Below, piece by piece: positions 45,306 to 55,292 of a stretch of 64,000 nucleotides of DNA (positions are counted from its first letter, which is position 1; each line of letters begins with the position of its first letter). The notes beneath the pieces are model-generated. The model was not told the DNA's origin, made no database searches, and was given only the letters and a program-made list of their open reading frames with translations. Source of the stretch: Planctomycetota bacterium. GTDB taxonomy: Bacteria > Planctomycetota > Brocadiia > JAADGH01. The position numbers and the translations under genes were made by a program. Location of the stretch: contig JBFMAD010000005.1 in assembly GCA_040755855.1 (NCBI GenBank), positions 160,001 to 224,000 on the forward strand, in the 5' to 3' direction.

Positions 45306-47072
45306 ATGACTGTTCAGGGCACCATTAGCAAAGTATCCGGCCCGCTTGTCGTGGGCAAGAACCTTGCCGGCGTCAAGATGTTCGAGGTCGTGCGCGTCGG
45401 CGAAGCCAAACTATTTGGCGAAGTGATCGAAATCCGCGGCGACCGCGCCTCCATCCAGGTCTATGAGGAGACAGAGGGCCTCGCGCCGGGCGAGCCTATC
45501 GTCCCCACAGGCGAGCCGCTGAGCGTCGAACTCGGCCCGGGGCTGATCGGCTCGATCTATGACGGCATGCAACGTCCGCTCGACGTTCTCATGCGCGATT
45601 TCGGGGACTACATCGTGCGCGGCGCAGAACGCCCCGCCCTGGACCATGCCAAGCGATGGGCCTTCAAGCCCATATTGAAAGCGGGAGACAAGGTCGCCCC
45701 AGGCGCGGTGATCGGAACCGTTCCGGAATCGCCTCTCGTTACGCATCGAATCATGATTCCCGCCAACATTGAGGGCGCGCTCACGGAGATACACGAGGGC
45801 GAGTTCACTATTGACGATGTGGTCGCAAAAGTCCAGACGGCCTCGGGGGTTGTGGACATCGCAATGGCCCACAAGTGCCCGGTGCGCATCGCCCGACCTG
45901 TCGCGGAGAAACTCCCGCCCGGCATCCCCCTCGTCACCGGCCAGAGGGTGATTGACATGCTTTTCCCGCTCCTCAAGGGGGGAACGGCCTGCGTGCCCGG
46001 CCCCTTCGGCAGCGGGAAAACGGTCGTTCAGCACCAACTGGCCAAATGGGCCGACGCCGACATCATCGTCTATATCGGCTGCGGGGAGCGCGGGAATGAG
46101 ATGACGGACGTCCTTCTCGAATTCCCCGAGCTAAAGGACCCGCGCAGCGGCCGGCCCCTGATGGAACGCACCGTCCTCGTGGCCAACACCTCCAACATGC
46201 CTGTGGCGGCCCGCGAGGCCTCCGTCTTCACCGGCATCACCATGGCCGAATACTACCGGGACATGGGCTACCATGTGGCCCTGATGGCCGATTCCACATC
46301 CCGCTGGGCCGAGGCCATGCGCGAGATGTCCGGGCGGCTGGAAGAAATGCCCGGCGAGGAGGGCTACCCCGCCTACCTGGCCTCGCGCATCGCCAGTTTC
46401 TACGAACGATCCGGCAGCGTCATCTGCATGGGAGGCGAGAAGCGGGAAGGCAGCCTATCCCTCATCGGCGCGGTCTCGCCCCCCGGTGGCGACCTCTCCG
46501 ATCCTGTCGTCCAGTCCACACTCCGCGTCGTCAAGGTATTCTGGGGCCTGGATGATCGCCTCGCCGCGCAGCGCCACTTCCCCGCCATCAACTGGCTCAC
46601 AAGCTACTCCCTCTACCGCGACGCCGCCGGGTCGTACGCCGATGAACATGTGGACAAGACGTGGGGCCGCAACCGCATCGCCACCGCCAGTTTGCTCCAG
46701 CGCGAGGCCGAACTGGAGGAGCTCGTCCGCATCGTGGGCATGGAGTCGCTTTCGGATGCCGACAAAATCCTCCTCGAAGGCGCCAAGATGATCCGCGAGG
46801 ACTTCCTGCACCAGAATGCCTTCCACGAGGAGGATACCTACACATCGCTGAGCAAACAGCACCTTATCCTATCCACCATCCTGCTCTTCTACCGCGATGC
46901 GGAGGCCGCCATCGCAAAAGGGGCGCGACTGTCCGATATCATCGCCCTGCCCCTGCGCGACGAGATCGCCCGCATAAAGTATATCCCCGAAAAGGAAACC
47001 TCCCGCATCAAGGACTTGCAGTCGAAAATACAGCAGGCGATTGCCGACCTCTCCGGAAAGAAGGAGTCGTAA
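45306..47072 (+). CDS. atpA: V/A-type ATPase catalytic subunit A
   Basis: GPFGSGKTV, GCGERGNEM, ANTSNMPVAARE, EMPGEEGYP; no intein visible. Confidence 0.98.
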   Translation: MTVQGTISKVSGPLVVGKNLAGVKMFEVVRVGEAKLFGEVIEIRGDRASIQVYEETEGLAPGEPIVPTGEPLSVELGPGLIGSIYDGMQRPLDVLMRDFGDYIVRGAERPALDHAKRWAFKPILKAGDKVAPGAVIGTVPESPLVTHRIMIPANIEGALTEIHEGEFTIDDVVAKVQTASGVVDIAMAHKCPVRIARPVAEKLPPGIPLVTGQRVIDMLFPLLKGGTACVPGPFGSGKTVVQHQLAKWADADIIVYIGCGERGNEMTDVLLEFPELKDPRSGRPLMERTVLVANTSNMPVAAREASVFTGITMAEYYRDMGYHVALMADSTSRWAEAMREMSGRLEEMPGEEGYPAYLASRIASFYERSGSVICMGGEKREGSLSLIGAVSPPGGDLSDPVVQSTLRVVKVFWGLDDRLAAQRHFPAINWLTSYSLYRDAAGSYADEHVDKTWGRNRIATASLLQREAELEELVRIVGMESLSDADKILLEGAKMIREDFLHQNAFHEEDTYTSLSKQHLILSTILLFYRDAEAAIAKGARLSDIIALPLRDEIARIKYIPEKETSRIKDLQSKIQQAIADLSGKKES

Positions 47073-48452
47073 ATGCTAAAGGAGTACCTTACCGTAAAGG
47101 ACATCGTGGGGCCTCTGATGTTTATGGAGGATGTCGGCGCCATTCGTTACGGCGAACTCGCCGAGATCAGGGGCGAGGACGGGCGCGTCAAGCGCGGCCG
47201 CGTCCTGGAGGTGCACGAGGATCGGGCGCTTGTCCAGGTCTTTGAGGGAACCGAGGGCCTCAGCCCCGGCGCCACCCGCGTGCGGTTCCTGGGGAGGGGA
47301 CTCGAACTGCCCGTGTCACCCGAAATCCTGGGCCGCGTATTCGACGGCTTCGGCCGGCCCCGCGACGGCGGCCCGGAGATCATTCCCGACAAGAGGCTGA
47401 ACATCAACGGCAACCCGCTCAATCCCTACGCCCGGGACTATCCGAACGAATTCATCCAGACCGGTTTTTCGACCATAGACGGCATGAATACGCTGGTGCG
47501 CGGCCAGAAGCTGCCGCTGTTCTCCGGCTCCGGCCTCCCCCACGGCCGCGTCGCGGCGCAGATCGCCCGGCAGGCCAAGGTCCTCGGTACCGAGGAGAAA
47601 TTCGCGGTGGTCTTTGCCGCCATGGGCATCACATTTGAGGAATCCAACTATTTCATCGAGGATTTCCGCCGCACCGGCGCCATCGAACGGGCCGCCGTAT
47701 TCACCAATCTCGCCAACGATCCGCCCATCGAACGCATCGCCGTCCCGCGAATGGCCCTCACCGCCGCCGAGTACCTGGCCTTTGATCTGGGGATGCACGT
47801 CCTCGTGATCCTCACCGATCTGACGAACTATTGCGAGGCCCTCCGCGAGATCTCCGCCGCCCGCAAGGAAGTCCCCGGCCGGCGCGGCTACCCCGGCTAC
47901 CTCTACACCGACCTCTCCACCATCTACGAGCGCGCGGGACGCATCAAGGGAAGGCCCGGCTCCATCACGCAGATACCCGTTCTGACCATGCCGGAGGATG
48001 ACAAGACGCACCCCATCCCCGACCTGACCGGATACATTACCGAGGGCCAGATCATCCTCTCGCGAACGTTGCACGGCCAGGGCATCTATCCGCCGATAGA
48101 TGTGCTGCCGTCCCTGTCGCGCCTGAAGGACAAGGGGATCGGCAAGGGCAAGACCCGGCAGGACCATGCCGACGTGCTCAATCAACTCTACGCCGCATAT
48201 GCCCGAGGCAAGAACGCCAAGGAGCTGGCCGTGGTTCTCGGCGAGAGCGCCCTCACCGACATTGATCTCTTGTTCGTTCGCTTTTCCGACGCCTTCGAGA
48301 ACCAATTCGTCCGGCAGGGCGAAAACGAAGACCGAACCATCGAACAGACGCTCGACATCGGCTGGAAGCTGATGCGCATGCTCCCGCGCGGGGAACTCAA
48401 GCGCGTGCGCGACGCGTATCTTGAACAATACTACTCGGCGAAGACTGCATGA
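47073..48452 (+). CDS. atpB: V/A-type ATPase subunit B
   Basis: [43 protein letters not shown]. Confidence 0.98.
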   Translation: MLKEYLTVKDIVGPLMFMEDVGAIRYGELAEIRGEDGRVKRGRVLEVHEDRALVQVFEGTEGLSPGATRVRFLGRGLELPVSPEILGRVFDGFGRPRDGGPEIIPDKRLNINGNPLNPYARDYPNEFIQTGFSTIDGMNTLVRGQKLPLFSGSGLPHGRVAAQIARQAKVLGTEEKFAVVFAAMGITFEESNYFIEDFRRTGAIERAAVFTNLANDPPIERIAVPRMALTAAEYLAFDLGMHVLVILTDLTNYCEALREISAARKEVPGRRGYPGYLYTDLSTIYERAGRIKGRPGSITQIPVLTMPEDDKTHPIPDLTGYITEGQIILSRTLHGQGIYPPIDVLPSLSRLKDKGIGKGKTRQDHADVLNQLYAAYARGKNAKELAVVLGESALTDIDLLFVRFSDAFENQFVRQGENEDRTIEQTLDIGWKLMRMLPRGELKRVRDAYLEQYYSAKTA

Positions 48453-49069
48453 ACATCAAAGTCAACGCCACGCGAATGGAGATGATGCGCCTGCGAAGGC
48501 GGCTTGCGATCGCCGTGCGCGGGCACAAGCTCCTCAAGGACAAGCTCGAGGGCCTGACGCAGCAATTCCTCGTCATCGTCAAGGAGTACCGGCAGGCGCG
48601 CGACGAGATGCGGCGGGAACTACCCGGCGTCATGCAACTCTTTGTCCTGGCCAGACTTACGTCCTCCGCCTCGGCCATAGATCAGGCGCTGGCGCAGGTC
48701 AAGACCACCGGCGGGCTTGCCGTCGGCAGAAGAAAAATCATGGGCGTCTCGGTTCCAACGTTCGAGTGGACGGCCGCGATGGGCGCCGCGTCGTACAGCC
48801 TTCTGGATACGCCCGCCGAGTTGGACCACGCCATTGCGGCGCTGGACGAACTTTTCAAGAAGATCATCCGCCTTGCGGAGTTGGAGCAGACCGTGCGCGT
48901 GCTTTCGGTGGAGATCGAGCGCACCCGCCGTCGCACAAACGCATTGGAATACACCCTGATTCCACAGATCCGTTCCACCATCCGCACCATCAAGGGCAAA
49001 TTGGAGGAGATCGAGCGGGGGAATATCACCCGACTGATGAAGGTCAAAGAGATGATCGCGGGCAAGTAG
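48449..49069 (+). CDS. atpD: V/A-type ATPase subunit D
   Basis: [30 protein letters not shown]. Confidence 0.97.
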   Translation: MNIKVNATRMEMMRLRRRLAIAVRGHKLLKDKLEGLTQQFLVIVKEYRQARDEMRRELPGVMQLFVLARLTSSASAIDQALAQVKTTGGLAVGRRKIMGVSVPTFEWTAAMGAASYSLLDTPAELDHAIAALDELFKKIIRLAELEQTVRVLSVEIERTRRRTNALEYTLIPQIRSTIRTIKGKLEEIERGNITRLMKVKEMIAGK

Positions 49070-49170
49070 CAGACCGCAAGACGTGGTGAAGCTCGTCGTC
49101 AACATCCCGGAGTAAGCGGTCTTCCCGCCTCTTGTCATCCACCCCAATGTCTCTATGTCTGTGGATTTGC

Positions 49171-49199
49171 TTGCATTGCGCCGCGGAGAATGGTAACAT
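49171..49199 (+). promoter_or_regulatory. Sigma70-type promoter for the DUF3604-like gene
   Basis: TTGCAT (49171-76) - 17 nt - TAACAT (49194-99) with extended -10 TG. Confidence 0.55.
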
Positions 49200-49250
49200 A
49201 ACGCACTCTTGGCAATCTGGCAGAGGTGATAGAAAAGGGAACGATAGAGA

Positions 49251-51347
49251 ATGAGCACAGAAGAAAAGGTCCCGGAGTTCGGAAGTGTGGCCATGAAGCC
49301 GGCGCGCACCCTGGATGCAGGCAGCCGGGTCACCATCACACTGACCTATACCGTTGGCGGCAAAGGCATTGCCGAAGGGGGGAGCATCGTTGTCGGCTTT
49401 CCCGAGACATGGGAGCAGCCCCTTGCCCCGCAGCTCTACAACGTGCCCTGGCAGCCGCTTGCGGATGAGGCGGCCAGAGACAGGATTCGGACCTATTCTC
49501 CCCGCAACATCTCTGTGGAGATGGAAACCGAGGGCCTTGCCACGCCGCGCCTCTTTGCCGAGCAGCACTGGGCGCGGATTGTTGTGGCCCATGGCGGGCT
49601 GGCGCAGGGGGACAAGATCACGCTAACTTACGGCGATACGACCTGGGGAAGCGACGGCGCCTTTGTCGGCAACACGCCGAGAAATGACCAAGCCATTCGC
49701 GTCTTTGTAGACGCCGATAGAAAGGGGCGGTACACCGAGGTCGCCGGATCACCCCTCAAGGTAGACGTAGTTCCCGGCCCTCCGGCCCGGATTGCGGTCG
49801 TCGCACCTTCGCTTGCGCGATTTGACGAGGAGTTCACCCTTCGCGTCGCCATCACAGATGAGCAGCACAATCGGCCCCGCGCCGTGGTTCGCGGGCATTT
49901 GAAGGGGAAGGCCGTTATCGTGGTGAAGAAAGGCCGGCGAGGCAAGTCGAGGACTTTGTTCCGGCAGGAGTTAAAGGAGGGGGATAACAACTTCAAAGTC
50001 TTCCGCACCGTCAGACTTTCGGCGGGGGGGGACTTGAAAGTTGCCGTGAGCGATGAAAGCGGCGACCTCTTCGGCCTGGGCAATCCCGTCCTCGTTGACG
50101 CCGGACCCGATGTTCCCGCATCTGTTGAGAGCGCGCAGGAGGCCGCCGACGAGACGGCGGAGGCCAAACCGGAAGCGGAAGATACCGGCCCGGCGGTCGA
50201 GGCGACCGCAGAGGGACAGGCCAAGGAAGCGGAGAGCGCTCCAAAGGAGAAACACTGGCAGATCTACTGGGGCGACATCCACGGAAAGAGTGAGTGGACC
50301 CCCGGCGCCCGAAAGACGACGCTCGATCAGTACTACGCCTATGGCAAGGAAGTCGCCCTGCTCGATTTCTGCGCCGTGACCGATGAAGGCGCCGGCTTCA
50401 GGGAGGATGCATGGGCCGCCGCGCAGGAGGCGGCGCGGAAACACCACGTCTCGGGAGAATTTGTCACGTTCAAGGCATTCGAATGGGCGTCCAGCCTCTA
50501 CGGCCACCGCTCGGTCTACTTTATGGGAGATCGCGCCGAACTGAAACTGGACGATAAGGGAAACCTCGACTGGCTTGACATCCGGGATTTCTATGGGCTG
50601 TTCCGAGATCGCGACGTCATCATTGTCCCTCAAAACACATTCGTATGGACCAATTGGGATTTCCACGACCCGGTGCACGAGTGTCTGGTCGAAATCTATT
50701 CCACGTGGGGAGCATGTGAAAAGCACGGGAATCCCCGCTGGACGCACAGCGAGATTCCGGGCGGGGGGGTGCAGGCCGCTCTGGCGCGCGGATATCGCAT
50801 GGGGATCATCGCCTCCAGCGATACACAGTTCGGCATGCCGGGCAGGAGCTATCCGGAACGCTGGGAGGTCAAACCGTTTCAAGGCGGCCTGGCTGCTGTC
50901 TATGCCAAGGAACTTACGCGGGAGGCCATCTTCGACGCATTCAAGCGGCGGCACTGCTACGGGACAACCGGGGCCAGGATCATCGTCGAATTCTTCGTCA
51001 ATGACCAGCCTATGGGCAGCGAAGTGGAAATCCCGTTCCAGGAAAGCGAAGCGCCGCGGCGGCTCAAGGTGAGGGTTATCGGGGCCGAAGATATCAGGGA
51101 AGTTGTCATTGTCCGCAACAATGTTGACATCTATCGCGTCGGGGGCAGCGGGCCCTGGGTCGAATTTGACTATGAGGATGATGAAGCGATGCGGGAGGCC
51201 ATGGCCGAATCGGAGCAGACGGAGTGCGGCGCAGGAAGTATCTACTACTACCTCCGCGTTACGCAGAGCGACGGCGAGATGGCCTGGTGCAGCCCGGTAT
51301 GGACCACGCTTGGAAGCCCGCCGGAGCCGGGCAAGGTCAAGGGCTAA
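49251..51347 (+). CDS. DUF3604/CehA-McbA-like PHP-fold metallohydrolase homologue with degenerate metal ligands
   Basis: YWGDIHG, LDFCAVTD, GEFVTFKAFEW, VEIYSTWG, LTREAIFDAFKRRHCYGTTG, YYYLRVTQSDGEMAWCSPVW. Confidence 0.8.
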   Translation: MSTEEKVPEFGSVAMKPARTLDAGSRVTITLTYTVGGKGIAEGGSIVVGFPETWEQPLAPQLYNVPWQPLADEAARDRIRTYSPRNISVEMETEGLATPRLFAEQHWARIVVAHGGLAQGDKITLTYGDTTWGSDGAFVGNTPRNDQAIRVFVDADRKGRYTEVAGSPLKVDVVPGPPARIAVVAPSLARFDEEFTLRVAITDEQHNRPRAVVRGHLKGKAVIVVKKGRRGKSRTLFRQELKEGDNNFKVFRTVRLSAGGDLKVAVSDESGDLFGLGNPVLVDAGPDVPASVESAQEAADETAEAKPEAEDTGPAVEATAEGQAKEAESAPKEKHWQIYWGDIHGKSEWTPGARKTTLDQYYAYGKEVALLDFCAVTDEGAGFREDAWAAAQEAARKHHVSGEFVTFKAFEWASSLYGHRSVYFMGDRAELKLDDKGNLDWLDIRDFYGLFRDRDVIIVPQNTFVWTNWDFHDPVHECLVEIYSTWGACEKHGNPRWTHSEIPGGGVQAALARGYRMGIIASSDTQFGMPGRSYPERWEVKPFQGGLAAVYAKELTREAIFDAFKRRHCYGTTGARIIVEFFVNDQPMGSEVEIPFQESEAPRRLKVRVIGAEDIREVVIVRNNVDIYRVGGSGPWVEFDYEDDEAMREAMAESEQTECGAGSIYYYLRVTQSDGEMAWCSPVWTTLGSPPEPGKVKG

Positions 51348-51349
51348 GG

Positions 51350-52129
51350 TCACGGCCCCGTTTCGCGCTCCGGCCTCTGGAGCCAAAGGCCGTGCATCAC
51401 GCAGAGGAACTGGAGCAGGAACGCCAGCCCCATAAGAACGCCGCCGGCTATAAAAGTGTAGGCGAAGAGATACGAGACGTACGCCGTCAGCCACGACGAG
51501 CCGATGTCGAGCGTGATCGCCGCAAAGGGCAGGAGGACCAGCAGAGTCTTCCGTCCCGTTCCCATGCGGCAGAACAACACCGCGACGCCTGTCAGCATGA
51601 ACACGGTGACGTTGCTCACGAGGTGGATGTGCGTCAGGTGAACCAGGCGGCTGGGCGAGATGGCCCCCGTTCTGCTGAACATTGGCGCGACCAGCTCATG
51701 CTTGACCGTGCGATCCTCCCAGAGGGGAGTGGACCGGGCCACGGCGTCATCCGCATGGCAATTGACGCAGTTGTTTTCGATCATCTGCGTCACCGGCTCG
51801 AAATCCTCCTGTTTGGCGCTGCAGCCGGCCTTGGTCCACTGGATGAGATACTGCACATCATCCTTATAAGCCGGCTTCAAAAATTCCATGTGATCTGGCG
51901 TCGGCGCGAGACGGAGTTTGACCTCGATCAGGGGAGCGCCGGGGTGTCCGTGATAGGACAGGATCAGGTCCTGGACGCTGAACGCCGGTTTGCCGTCGGC
52001 CATGCGATACTTGAGGAACACCTTCGCGCCGCAAACCAGGATGCCGATGCCGAGGAGAAGGAAGGCCGCCGTGCACAGGAGTTTCGCAGGCATCGGAAAA
52101 TCAGGCAGATGGATACTTTGCTTGTGCAT
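51350..52129 (-). CDS. Membrane protein with one c-type heme motif (CxxCH) and about 4 TM helices
   Basis: TM1, soluble loop with CVNCH, then THIHL and three more hydrophobic segments. Confidence 0.75.
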   Translation of the reverse strand: MHKQSIHLPDFPMPAKLLCTAAFLLLGIGILVCGAKVFLKYRMADGKPAFSVQDLILSYHGHPGAPLIEVKLRLAPTPDHMEFLKPAYKDDVQYLIQWTKAGCSAKQEDFEPVTQMIENNCVNCHADDAVARSTPLWEDRTVKHELVAPMFSRTGAISPSRLVHLTHIHLVSNVTVFMLTGVAVLFCRMGTGRKTLLVLLPFAAITLDIGSSWLTAYVSYLFAYTFIAGGVLMGLAFLLQFLCVMHGLWLQRPERETGP

Positions 52130-52170
52130 TGCTGTTTCGTCAACTCGAAGTTGTCGTCGAAGATGCTGCG

Positions 52171-52199
52171 ACCATATCAGATCAGCGCGTCCCTGTCAA
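52171..52199 (-). promoter_or_regulatory. Sigma70-type promoter for the CxxCH membrane protein
   Basis: Minus strand TTGACA (52199-94) - 17 nt - TATGGT (52176-71) with extended -10 TG. Confidence 0.6.
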
Positions 52200-52229
52200 C
52201 CACGATTAGTCCGGTCCGTCTTCATGCAA

Positions 52230-52246
52230 AATCCTTGACAAGGATT
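52230..52246. promoter_or_regulatory. Perfect 8-1-8 inverted repeat overlapping a + strand TTGACA (candidate operator)
   Basis: AATCCTTG-A-CAAGGATT. Confidence 0.55.
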
Positions 52247-52299
52247 GCCGCCGAATGATAAGAGGGGTCCGAATCCAAACACCTGCGACGAACGAATAG

Positions 52300-52842
52300 A
52301 TGGAACGGAGCGTGTTCACAACCATCGTGGGACTCTTCTGGCCCCCCTCGGCCCCTGTGATTGCCGATGAGGATCTGTACACCGGGAGCGCATGGTGGGG
52401 GGTGACGTGCATCCTGAATGCGTTTCCCGTAGCGGCGGTCCTCCATCATGGCCTGATTTACGCCCACCAGTGCATGCTTCAGCCGTTCGCGTACGGCTAC
52501 GAGGTGACGTGGTCTGTGATCTGGGAATGGGTGAAACATGACGCCGCGCTGCCCTGGGCTGTCATTATTGCATTTGGGGTGCATCGTCTCGGGCTTCGGT
52601 TTGCAGTCATCAAGTTGATCGCCGCGCCGGTGTTTATTTCGTTTCTACCGACCACCCTGTGGGTATGGGACATTTTTGTTCTGGACCGTCCTTTCTGCCG
52701 ATACCTTCACGACGGCAAGTTCGAATTGTGGCGGGACTTTCCGCTTCGCACCGGGCATTTTTACGTCTTAGGGATTTGCATTTACGTCGCATTCCTGATC
52801 TATTTGGTTGTGCAGCGAGTGAAGCGACGCAGTTGGGCATAG
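52300..52842 (+). CDS. Hypothetical membrane protein
   Basis: 180 aa with several hydrophobic Trp/Phe-rich segments; fills the gap between neighbours. Confidence 0.6.
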   Translation: MERSVFTTIVGLFWPPSAPVIADEDLYTGSAWWGVTCILNAFPVAAVLHHGLIYAHQCMLQPFAYGYEVTWSVIWEWVKHDAALPWAVIIAFGVHRLGLRFAVIKLIAAPVFISFLPTTLWVWDIFVLDRPFCRYLHDGKFELWRDFPLRTGHFYVLGICIYVAFLIYLVVQRVKRRSWA

Positions 52843-52914
52843 AGGCCAACCATACCCTGTTGATTTTTTTAGTGGAACAAGCGATAGAGATTCGTCTAAT
52901 AAGGATAATTCGGC

Positions 52915-53319
52915 ATGAAATGTCCAAAGTGCAGCGATAGCGAGCTCCGAGAGATGGCCCTTCCGGAGAATCTGACGATTGACATGTGCCCCCGGTGCAA
53001 GGGCATTTGGTACGATAGGGGGGAGATAGGGTTCCAACAGGAACTCGAACGGGACGTCCCTGAGCTTGAAAAAGTCGGAAAGACCAGGCGTCCGACCTGC
53101 CATGACTGCCCGCGCTGCGCCGACGGGACAAAACTCGAGGAGATGCGCTACGCCATCCAAGCCGACCTGATGATTGACCGATGTCCGAAGTGCGAGGGTA
53201 TCTTCCTCGATAAGGGGGAACTCCGCAAACTGGAGAGCATTGCTGCAAAGATGGACAGCTTCAGCGCGCGTGTTGCGCGCGCGATCAAGGACATAGACGC
53301 ACGGGGCTACTTCAAGTAA
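52915..53319 (+). CDS. Double zf-TFIIB-type zinc-ribbon protein
   Basis: CPKC..IDMCPRCKGIWYDRGE and CPRC..IDRCPKCEGIFLDKGEL. Confidence 0.85.
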   Translation: MKCPKCSDSELREMALPENLTIDMCPRCKGIWYDRGEIGFQQELERDVPELEKVGKTRRPTCHDCPRCADGTKLEEMRYAIQADLMIDRCPKCEGIFLDKGELRKLESIAAKMDSFSARVARAIKDIDARGYFK

Positions 53320-53344
53320 TCTATCCATCCGCGCTCATCGGTAC

Positions 53345-53393
53345 AAAATAAAAACGGATTGCGGAATGGTTTTTTCTTCCACTCCGCAATCCG
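53345..53393 (-). terminator. Intrinsic terminator of the acs operon
   Basis: 15-bp stem CGGATTGCGGAATGG/CCACTCCGCAATCCG; the single mismatch is G-U on the minus strand; followed there by TTTTTATTTT; just downstream of the acsE stop. Confidence 0.75.
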
Positions 53394-53412
53394 CAATCCA
53401 AAGTCCGCAATC
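53383..53412. repeat. Heptamer tandem repeat (TCCGCAA)n
   Basis: tccgcaa tccgcaa tccaaag tccgcaa tc. Confidence 0.7.
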
Positions 53413-53415
53413 AGA

Positions 53416-54231
53416 TTACATCCGTCCCGCCTTGAGGAACGAATCGGTGTAGATCTGCTTGTTCAGCAGCAGTTCCGCCGTGATGATGGCGTCCACCATG
53501 GCGTCGTCGTTAGCGTCGAGGATGGCTGCGTTGAGACCCGCCGCAATCGCCATGACGATGTAGGTGCGGTTGATCAGCTCGCGCATCTCCTTCTCTTTAG
53601 CCATCTGGGAGAGATTGCTGAGTCCGACGATGAAATGCAGTCCGGACGCCGGGCCGCCGACGAATTCAAAAATCTGTTTGATCGCTTCGAGAACGTAGGT
53701 CGGCTGCTCCTGTCCGAACTTGGCGGGGAGGACCACAGGATCAATGAAGACCCTGGACAGATCCAGTCCGCCTCCCATTGCCTTCTCGATGATTTTGCCC
53801 CCGATGCCGACGCGCGCCTCCACCGTCGTCGCCGGCCCGCTCTCGTCCATGGTAAGGGCCACGATTGAGCCATTGTGCTCCACAGCGAGCTGGACAAATG
53901 TCTCCATCTCGCTGTCCACGCCGCCCCGGGCGGAATTTAAAAGAACGGGCCGCCCGTCCACAACGCTCAGCCCCGCCTTCATTATCGGCATCTTCTGCGT
54001 GTCAATCGCAATCGGCGTATCAACACTCTTCTGCACCGTCTGAATCAGCCACTTCATGGCGTCCTCGGGGTCCTCCGCGGCCGTCCCTACGTTGATGTCC
54101 AGATACTTCGCTCCGGACTTCGTCTGCCGCTTCGCAAGCTCCTCGATGATGGACGCATCCTTCTCCTGGATAGCCTTTTTTACGTTCTTGAACATCCCGT
54201 TGATTCGTTCACCAACGATAATGAAGTCCAT
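53416..54231 (-). CDS. acsE: Methyltetrahydrofolate:corrinoid/Fe-S protein methyltransferase
   Basis: IVGERINGMF, YLDINVG, IAIDT, FIDP, GLSNLSQ, LINRTY, AAILDA; start at MDFIIVG (GAGGA SD). Confidence 0.93.
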   Translation of the reverse strand: MDFIIVGERINGMFKNVKKAIQEKDASIIEELAKRQTKSGAKYLDINVGTAAEDPEDAMKWLIQTVQKSVDTPIAIDTQKMPIMKAGLSVVDGRPVLLNSARGGVDSEMETFVQLAVEHNGSIVALTMDESGPATTVEARVGIGGKIIEKAMGGGLDLSRVFIDPVVLPAKFGQEQPTYVLEAIKQIFEFVGGPASGLHFIVGLSNLSQMAKEKEMRELINRTYIVMAIAAGLNAAILDANDDAMVDAIITAELLLNKQIYTDSFLKAGRM

Positions 54232-54281
54232 GTGATTCCTCATCCTCCCTTCAGAAAGAAACAACCGTTCTGCTCAGAGAT

Positions 54282-55244
54282 TTAGGCATACAGTTTTGCA
54301 AGGCCCTTCTTCACCTCCGCCACGGCCTTCGGGTGCCTCATGCGGAGGATATCACAACCGGACTGCGCCAGGGCCATGGCCGTCGTCGCCTCCCATATCA
54401 CGCCGCGCTCCGCATGAGGGCCCCAGCCCGGCAGTTCAGCGTCCGCGGCCTTGGCCTCCTTGGCTCGCCACGACTCGTAACCGATGTCGCAGATCACCGG
54501 CATCGCCATCATCTTATCGCCCTGGAGGGCGGCCAGCATCTCGCGCTCCTGGATCGAGTAGGCGTACTCAAGCCCATAGCCCAGCGCGCCCGTCGTCTGG
54601 AACATGACGATGCGATCCAGTGGAAATTCCATGTCCGAAAGGAGGATATTCACCTGCTTGCCGATGTTGATGTCGAGCGGTGCCAAGCCGATGATGTTGT
54701 GGCCGTCCGCAAGGCATACCGCCGTCAGCACCTTATAATTCTGCTCCTTGGCGCAGCCCAGGAGAGCGCGTTCGCCCTTGAGGGCCTGGCTCACCTTCGG
54801 CATGACGGCGTTGTCCTTCTCGTCGTCGTCGCTGCCCCACACGATCAGGGGGACGCCCACCGCCTCCTTGACGGCGCTGACGACCTTCACCGCATCCTCC
54901 GGGCCCTTGTCGCCTTTGTCGCGGTGGATGCCGTCCAGCTTAATGCAGATGAGATCGGCCCCAAATTCCTCGACCGCCTTCTTTGCCCAGGCAGCCGGGT
55001 TTCCAAGCACATTGCCCCACGCCTCCACGAGGGGGGCGGGCCAGTCCGGCGGGACTACATCGAGCACATCCATCGCGATGACGATTTTGTTCCCCGCGCT
55101 CCCGTCAAAATCCATAAACGGGACGCTGGCGCGGCCGCCGACGGTAACCGCGCGGCTGCGCGTCCCGCCGTTCTCCTTCGTCGCGCCGATGGCGACGGTG
55201 TTCACCTTGCCCGACCACTTTTCTGCCACAACTGGCAAGTCCAT
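54282..55244 (-). CDS. acsD: Corrinoid/Fe-S protein small (delta) subunit
   Basis: IGATKENGGTRS, GADLICIKL, DINIGKQVN, ALGYGLEY, MRHP. Confidence 0.95.
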   Translation of the reverse strand: MDLPVVAEKWSGKVNTVAIGATKENGGTRSRAVTVGGRASVPFMDFDGSAGNKIVIAMDVLDVVPPDWPAPLVEAWGNVLGNPAAWAKKAVEEFGADLICIKLDGIHRDKGDKGPEDAVKVVSAVKEAVGVPLIVWGSDDDEKDNAVMPKVSQALKGERALLGCAKEQNYKVLTAVCLADGHNIIGLAPLDINIGKQVNILLSDMEFPLDRIVMFQTTGALGYGLEYAYSIQEREMLAALQGDKMMAMPVICDIGYESWRAKEAKAADAELPGWGPHAERGVIWEATTAMALAQSGCDILRMRHPKAVAEVKKGLAKLYA

Positions 55245-55292
55245 AAGCCGTTCCTCCTCATATCGAAAAAACAGAGTTACGAAGTTAATTTG

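Noticed and set aside
45864..45890. Subunit A reads HKCPVR where WPVR is usual; RpoB reads TCPLRAM near 2455
   Set aside because: Single-base differences that could be sequencing errors or neutral variants; not testable here.
49060..49115. Short frame [18 protein letters not shown] after atpD resembling the C-terminus of a Zn-dependent dehydrogenase
   Set aside because: Under 20 codons; cannot be told from chance without a search.
53383..53412. CRISPR array or transposon end
   Set aside because: Only four heptamers, no spacers, no cas or transposase genes in the window.
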